Below are positions 57,453-64,000 of a DNA stretch of 64,000 nt, piece by piece. The stretch lies in NCBI GenBank assembly GCA_963693365.1, contig CAVNZM010000010.1:3348001-3412000 (forward strand), given 5' to 3'. The notes beneath the pieces were generated by a model, which saw only the letters and a list, made by a program, of their open reading frames with translations, was not told where the DNA came from and did no database searches. A program made the translations under genes and the position numbers. The DNA is from Amoebidium appalachense (taxonomy: Eukaryota; Protista; Ichthyosporea). The number at the start of each line of letters is the position of its first letter. Within the stretch, counting starts at the first letter, position 1.

Positions 57453-58010
57453 TGTGTGTGTGTACACATGTGTGTGTTTGTGTGTCCCGTGCGTGTGCGT
57501 GCACGCGTTTGTGTGGCTGTGCGCATGTGTCCACGGGACATCTATTTTATTCACCTAAGATGCCCTCTGAATATGAACAATTAATATCAGAACCCATAGG
57601 GGAAGACAAGCATTACTACAAGCACAGGGGAGCAGTGAATGCACATCCACAGCAAACTCCATAACAATGACCCGCAGTTATGTAGCACAACATGCGACTG
57701 TTTTACAATGATGGAAACAATGAGCAATGTATTTATAAATCCCCGCTTACACAGACCTAGGAATCCGAAACCGAAGAATACATGTTGTATAGCTACATAG
57801 CAAAAGCAAAACATTATATCTCGTAGACGCTTTTGTAAAGAATTCCACGTGACTTAACGGATATATATATACCGTCCACCATTCAGAATACCCACCAATA
57901 AGAATACGCTAGCGGTCAAGTCCGTTTTTCTTTTTAAGAATGTGCACCGCAGTCAGATTTTGGGATGTTCTCAATGGCGGACTGACCTATAAACTTTGCT
58001 AGATCCTCCC

Positions 58011-58066
<56 letters not shown>

Positions 58067-58100
58067 ACCCCAACCCTAGGCCTCTCTCCCCGTGTCTCCT

Positions 58101-58140
<40 letters not shown>

Positions 58141-58770
58141 ACACGCACACACGCAGAAGTTCCAACCCCAAGCCTCTCTCCCCGTGTTCCCCCCCCCCCT
58201 CCCCCCCCCCCCCCCCCCCCCCCGGTCTCGTGCCATTAAGAATATGATAGCGGCCCGGCCAAAAAGCTAAGAATATGCACCGCGACCACGTTTTTGGGAG
58301 GGTTCTTAATGGCGGACGGCATCTGTATATTCTTCACCCAGTGACTAGGAAAAATGAACGAAGATATGTGACAGTCAGTGACTGGACGCGAAACAATGCC
58401 ATTTCTTATTTCTTCGTATATTTTAATGAATTGGTACACTACCATATGGCAAAACCATAGGCTACCTCACCTAAATTTGTCATCAACTTCAGTAGGGAAA
58501 AAAGTGCATTCTTGTATTACACCAGTCAAGATCCCACATGGGCTCATTACTTAATCAGCAGATATGAACTAAAGCGGGCTCACATACCCTCCTGCTCGTG
58601 TCTGTACATCCAAAAAAGCCTTGTGGGCAATAAGAAAAAAAGGAAAAAAAGGGAAGAGAAGGGTTGACATGTTATTCCCAAATATGACACCATTCCCAAC
58701 CCCATCACATTGTCAAAGCAATTCATACACTTTGCTTCTTATTTCCATCAACCCCCCCCCCCCCCCCCCT

Positions 58771-58900
58771 TCAACCCATCTTTGGTGTCATGATCTCTCC
58801 CTTTGCGCTGGTAGATTATATTGGCCCAATTGCGGTAGAAGACGTGTCCGTCGCTCCTCCACTGGTCCAGGGGCAGTTTTGTGTCGTAGCCCTGAGGGTA
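58771..58900 (-). pseudogene. metA: Diverged fragment of the metA last exon (copy 3)
   Basis: YPQGYDTKLPLDQWRSDGHVFYRNWANIIYQR, then a 5-nt deletion relative to the live gene. No GHPEY and no upstream exons. Confidence 0.85.
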
Positions 58901-58987
58901 GGCATATTGCCAATCCAAAAAAAAAACAAAAAACAAAAAACAAAATAATAAGTGTAAATGATTCTCGGAATCGTTCCTCGAATATAG

Positions 58988-59734
58988 CCCAACCTCGGTC
59001 GAATCAATTTGGTCAGGATTCGGGGATCTGAAAAGCCGCGACGTTGGCCATCTTACTTCCTCGATTAAATGTTCCTCGAGGATAGGCCCACATGCCGTAG
59101 TATCATTTTTACCCAAGAAGGGGACGTGCACGTGTGACTTCAAGTCGCAACTTCACGAAGCTGCGCTCGTACCCTACTAATTTGCACACTATGTGCAAGT
59201 GGGTGTGTACATGTGTGTGTGTGGGTCTGTGTGTGCGTGTGTTTCGCTTCTTTCTCGGGCTCGCGGCTCCCGGGCGCTCGCTCCTTGTTGAGTAGGTACG
59301 TACGCTACAATAGTAAAAAGTCACCTAAAGACTCAAGTCACAACTTAAAGTCAGGACAAGTCACCAGCTTCTCTCACCAATTATAATAAGTCAAGTCGAC
59401 CTAACTTGACTTGGTTGAAGTCAGGGTTCCTATGACTTCAAGTCGCAACTTCACGACTCTGCGCTCGCCGCCGCGGAGCTCGAATTTTGATGATGGTACA
59501 GCTCGCCCCAGCGCATGCTCGATACGATTCAGAGTTTGATTGGACCAAAAGCTGTAATGGAGCACCACACTATAGTTTATGCAAACTGATTGGATCACGC
59601 CATGCTTTTTGCAAACTGATTGGTTCCGGGATTATTGCGGAACAGGTTAGTCCTTCCCCTTCCCCAGACCCTATCCCCATCTCCGTCAACCCAACTTCGG
59701 TCACAGACCTCCAAACTAACTGACCGAGGTTGGG
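58988..59734. mobile_element. Possible non-autonomous element bounded by 13-bp inverted repeats
   Basis: CCCAACCTCGGTC (58988-59000) / GACCGAGGTTGGG (59722-59734). Internal direct repeat TGACTTCAAGTCGCAACTTCACGA near 59135 and 59433. No TSD seen. Confidence 0.45.
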
Positions 59735-59776
59735 AAAAAAATAAAGTAAACTTGGATGACCAATAACAACCACACT

Positions 59777-59917
59777 TCAGCCAATCTTAGGTGTCATGAT
59801 CTCGCTCGCCCTTTGATATGCGCTGGTAGATCATATTAACCCAATTACGATAAAAGATGTGTCCGTCACTCCTCTACTGACACAGCGGCAGTTTTGTGTC
59901 GTTTTCCTGGGATAGTA
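59777..59917 (-). pseudogene. metA: Fragment of the metA last exon (copy 2)
   Basis: Close copy of 60012-60150 with a TGG>TAG stop, a 1-nt deletion and a 4-nt insertion. Confidence 0.88.
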
Positions 59918-60011
59918 TATTGCCGTTGCCCCTCCAAAAAAAAACACAAAACAAAATATAAAATAATAAATAAAATTATAGTAAATTTGAATGACCAATA
60001 ACAACCACACT

Positions 60012-60291
60012 CTAGCCCATCTTGGGTGTCATGATCTCACCCTTTGATATGCGCTGGTAGATCATATTAACCCAATTGCGGTAAAAGATGTGCCCGTCGC
60101 TCCTCCACTGACACAGCGGCAGTTTTGTGTCATTTTCCTGGGGGTAGTAGTTTGCAGGGGCAGCCTGCCCGTTTGCTTTGTCTCGTTGGTACTCCCCGTG
60201 TAGGTCCATGCGGTCGTACTCGGGGTGGCCCTGGCAGTACACCCTGAAAGGGAAGGGAGAAAAAAAGAAAACAATTGATAAAAACGGGGAA

Positions 60292-60323
<32 letters not shown>

Positions 60324-60397
60324 GGATGTGTTACGATTTGGCGATTTGGTACGGCGCCGACATGACTCCCGGGAAGAGGGGAGATGAGTGTGTGTGT

Positions 60398-60434
<37 letters not shown>

Positions 60435-60441
60435 GGTGTGT

Positions 60442-60475
<34 letters not shown>

Positions 60476-61874
60476 GCATTAGAATGGGACATGACGTGGG
60501 GAAAGAAGGGAGGAGAAAGAGAGAAGTCCGGAGGGGGGGGGGGGGGGGGGGGGAGGGGGGGCGGAGAGCGGGGAAACGTACATGGCAAACATGATGCAAA
60601 GATGAAAACTCCATTGGAGATATTCACAGAAAGAACAAAAGAAGAAAAAAAAACAGTCAAAAAAAAAAAAAAGAACAAACCAAACAAACATCGTGCACGC
60701 ACACGATACATAAAACAGGCGTCCATCATAAGATGGGTTCCATCATACATCACACACATGCACCCCACGCAGGTACTCCCCCCCCCCCCCCCCCCCCCCC
60801 CCTCAAAATAACACCCCCTCTTGTTAAATCTTATATTTAGTTTTTTACGATTTCCGTCCTTACTAATACAATATATACTAACCACTCCTTCCGTTGCGGC
60901 CAACGGCCAAGTACCACACCACAACCTCATCATTCATAAAATCCCCCCCCCCCAAAAAAAAAGGGCAAAAAAAAAAAAAAAAAAAAAAAGGAAAGAAAGG
61001 GAAAAAAAAAAAAGGATATAAAAAACCTTCAGAAGGACAACACCATCACCATCCTTTTCCAGCCGTTCCCCACAGCCCTACTACTCCAAAAACTGTTCAT
61101 GATCCCCCCCCCCCCCCCCCCCCCCCCCCCCAACAACACACAGACACATCCATCCGTGCGACCCCCCCGGCGGAACGGGGGGGGGGGGGGCACGCACTCT
61201 TTTCCGCCGCGGCCGACAGCCAGATGCCACCCCACTGTGTCATTCTTCATAATGACTTTAATGTCCGGGTGTGACTCCATCTGCTCTACGGAGATGTCCC
61301 CCCAGCGAGAGTGCGGGATGGCTACTATGTCATTGAGACCATCTGTCAACTGTACGTGTGTACGTAAAGGTTAGTGTGTGTGTGTACGTGCAGATGTGTG
61401 GAGCGTGTGTACATTTTTGTGTGTAAGGGGCAGGTGCGGACATATGTGCGGACGTGCGTGCAGTGTGTGTGTGCGGACATGTGCGCAAGTTTGTGTGCGT
61501 AACGAGTGTGTTTGTATGTGTGGAACATGTGCACGTGTTTGTGTATGTGCAAAAAGCTGTGGACATGTGCACGTATGTGTGTGTGTGTGTGCACGCGCAT
61601 GGATATTTGTGTGTGGGGGCTTGGGGGTGGGCACACGTGTTTCTTGTGTGAATGTGCGTGCGTGTGCGTGGGTACATATACGTAAGTGTTTTGTGTGTGT
61701 GTGTGTGTGAACACGTGAAAAAGAGTGTAACCACACGTGTGTGCACGTCAATACGCGTGCGTACGTGTGTGTAGACGTGGTAGAGTGTATGTGTGTATGT
61801 GTATGAAGATGCGTGAGAATGTGTACGTGTGTGAGCGTGCGTATACGTGCGTGTACACGTCTCTCACTCTCTCT

Positions 61875-61920
<46 letters not shown>

Positions 61921-62062
61921 TTGTGTGTGTATGTGCTTGTGGCTGGGCATGCTTGTCCGTCTGTATGTGTGGGTGTGTGTCTGCATGAATGCGGTGTGTG
62001 TGTGTGTGTGTGCGTGTGCATGCGCGCAATGGGCAAAGAGGGAGAGTGTGTGTGTTTGGGGG

Positions 62063-62111
<49 letters not shown>

Positions 62112-62154
62112 AGAGGGGGAGAGAGAGGGGGGGGGGGGGGGGGGGGGGGGAGAG

Positions 62155-62191
<37 letters not shown>

Positions 62192-63087
62192 AGGGAAGGA
62201 GGGAGGGAGGGAGGGAGGGAGGGAGGGGGGAGAGAAAGAGAGAGAGCAGCGTGTGTGTGAGTTAGTGTAAACGCACGTGTGTGTCTCTCTGTGTGTATAT
62301 ACGTGCTCGTGGTTTTCAGCTGTGTTGGTTTATTTTGGGCTGTTTTTCTCCCTACCATTGGTATGACATCATGGTCCACAGGGAAGTTATAAACGCCAAA
62401 TATCTTTGTTGCGCCCATGGTCCTCTGCATGTCGTAGAATGTGCCCAGGGCAAAGTGTGACCCCAGGCACGAGTACAGTGTAGATGGCACGTGCTCACGT
62501 GCCCACGACACTATCTCCTTGTACTCCTGTGGAAGGGGGTGGGGTGGGGTGGAGGGTGCGGGGGAGGGGGGGGGGGGGGGGGAGAAGGGGGCGGGGAGTA
62601 GATGTATTCATTAGAAAGAGGTATCTTGTTTTTCAATGTTTTTTTTTTTTTTTTCCTTTCGGGGGAAAGGGCGGGGCGGGCGGGGGGAGGGGGGGTTTTG
62701 AATGCGGAACACAGTACGAAGTACGCATACACGATGAGAAGCATGGTGCAGGACACATGCAAAGGCAAACATTCAAGTATGCAGCATCAGCCATGCGCAC
62801 ATTTTGCGTCATAAGCAGAGCCCATCCTCAGGGAGGGCCCAAGTCATCAATTGCGTCTGAGTTTCGACCCCTTAGCCCGCGTATATACGACGCTCCAACT
62901 CAGACAGCAGCATCAACTGAACTTGGGTGGGTCAACCCGTCTTGATCAAAGACGAGCAGGGTTGCTTATGCAAGCAAGGTGAGCAAAACGGTGAAGATGT
63001 ATGTGCAAACTAATGCAGTGCAGCGACAAACGCGTATGTGCTTACAGATGCACGACACAGAGCAACCATGCCCGGTTGCATGGAAGT

Positions 63088-63125
<38 letters not shown>

Positions 63126-63230
63126 GCAAGAAAGAAAAGCTGGTAGAAAAAAGAACAGAAGCCCAAACAAAGTATAGAAAACGACAAAACCATTGATCCA
63201 AAGACACCAAAAAATATGTGCAGACGTAGA

Positions 63231-63265
<35 letters not shown>

Positions 63266-63916
63266 GAGGGAGCAAATGAGTGTGTGTAAGAGGAAGGAAG
63301 AAGAGGTGTGTGTGTGCGTGTGTGTATCGGTTTGTGTGTGTGTGTGTGCGTGTGTGTGTGTGTGTGTGTTGCGTATGAGCGCGCACGCGCGTGTGTGGAG
63401 AGAGGAGAAGGCGGTCTAGAGTAACCCATAAAAAAAATCGAGAACTGAGTGATGATACGGGATGGCTGACTGTGTGAGAGTTTGTATGGACGTGCATGTG
63501 TATTGGCCCAATGGCGTGTGTATATATGTTTCGGTGTCTGTATAAGTGCGTGTTTGCAAAAGAAAAAAAGAAAGAGAGGGGGAAGGGAGGAAGGGAGGGG
63601 GAGGGGTGGCGTTACACATGACTAAGTCCCATTGACAAACAACGATTAACCACCTTTGTTAGGTGAAAGGGGGAGAGAAGGGGGGGTTAGGGGGGGGAAA
63701 CGAGGGATTACTAACGGTGTGGGGGTGAGAGGGGAGGGGGGGGGGGGGGGGGGGGGGGGGGGTTACAAACCTGGTAGTAAACAAACTCAGTGAGAGGGAG
63801 CATAGAGCCATCGGGCCTACGCTCCAGATTTGCCCCCGTCACGATCAGCCCGTCAAGACCCTTCATGCGCACAGTTGCAAACCGCTCATAGAAAACCTCC
63901 ATGTGCTCCCGTCCGG
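60012..63916 (-). CDS. metA: Homoserine O-acyltransferase, MetA (HTS) family, 3' four exons (gene starts beyond the right edge)
   Basis: Exons 63916-63771, 62526-62356, 61349-61198 and 60243-60012 join in phase. Motifs [26 protein letters not shown] (nucleophile Cys), KIFGVY, PHSRW, GHPEYD (His/Glu), EYQRD, NYYP, WRS..FYRNWVN. Confidence 0.93.
62817..62927 (-). ncRNA. Putative non-circularly permuted hammerhead ribozyme, copy B, in a metA intron
   Basis: Minus strand GUCUGAGU-U-GGAG ... GGGGUC-GAAA-CUCAGAC ... CUCC-CUGAGGA-UG-GGCUCU. Stem III 8 bp, stem I 4 bp, stem II 6 bp (3 G-U); predicted cleavage after GUU at 62897. Confidence 0.6.
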
Positions 63917-64000
63917 CTGCAAAATATAATTATATAATAAATAAAAAAAGGGGGGGGAGAGGGGGGGGGGGGGGGGGGAAGGGGGGGGGGAAGGGGAAGG

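Noticed and set aside
62527-63770. SAM or TPP riboswitch in the metA intron
   Set aside because: No consensus aptamer motifs seen, and the structured element also occurs in an unrelated gene.

Overview
Eukaryotic genomic DNA (species not identifiable from sequence alone) with GT-AG introns packed with poly-C/poly-G, (CA)n and (CT)n tracts. Most ORF-track entries are microsatellite artefacts. By phase-consistent exon chaining I recover: the 5' part of SEC63 (-); a divergent 4-exon hypothetical gene; two tandem 9-exon YfcG/Nu-class glutathione transferases with an orphan third terminal exon hit by a PIF/Harbinger-type MITE; a 3-exon gene that appears derived from a P-element transposase but lacks THAP and catalytic domains; a ~12 kb array of decayed exon copies of an unidentified protein; a 3 kb tyrosine-recombinase element with split direct repeats and no reverse transcriptase; and the 3' part of a bacterial-type metA (-) followed by two dead copies of its last exon. 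The most striking signal is two diverged intronic copies of a hammerhead ribozyme core whose three strands lie in a non-circularly permuted order, with compensatory base-pair changes between the copies. All family assignments come from motif recognition by eye; no searches or folding computations were run.
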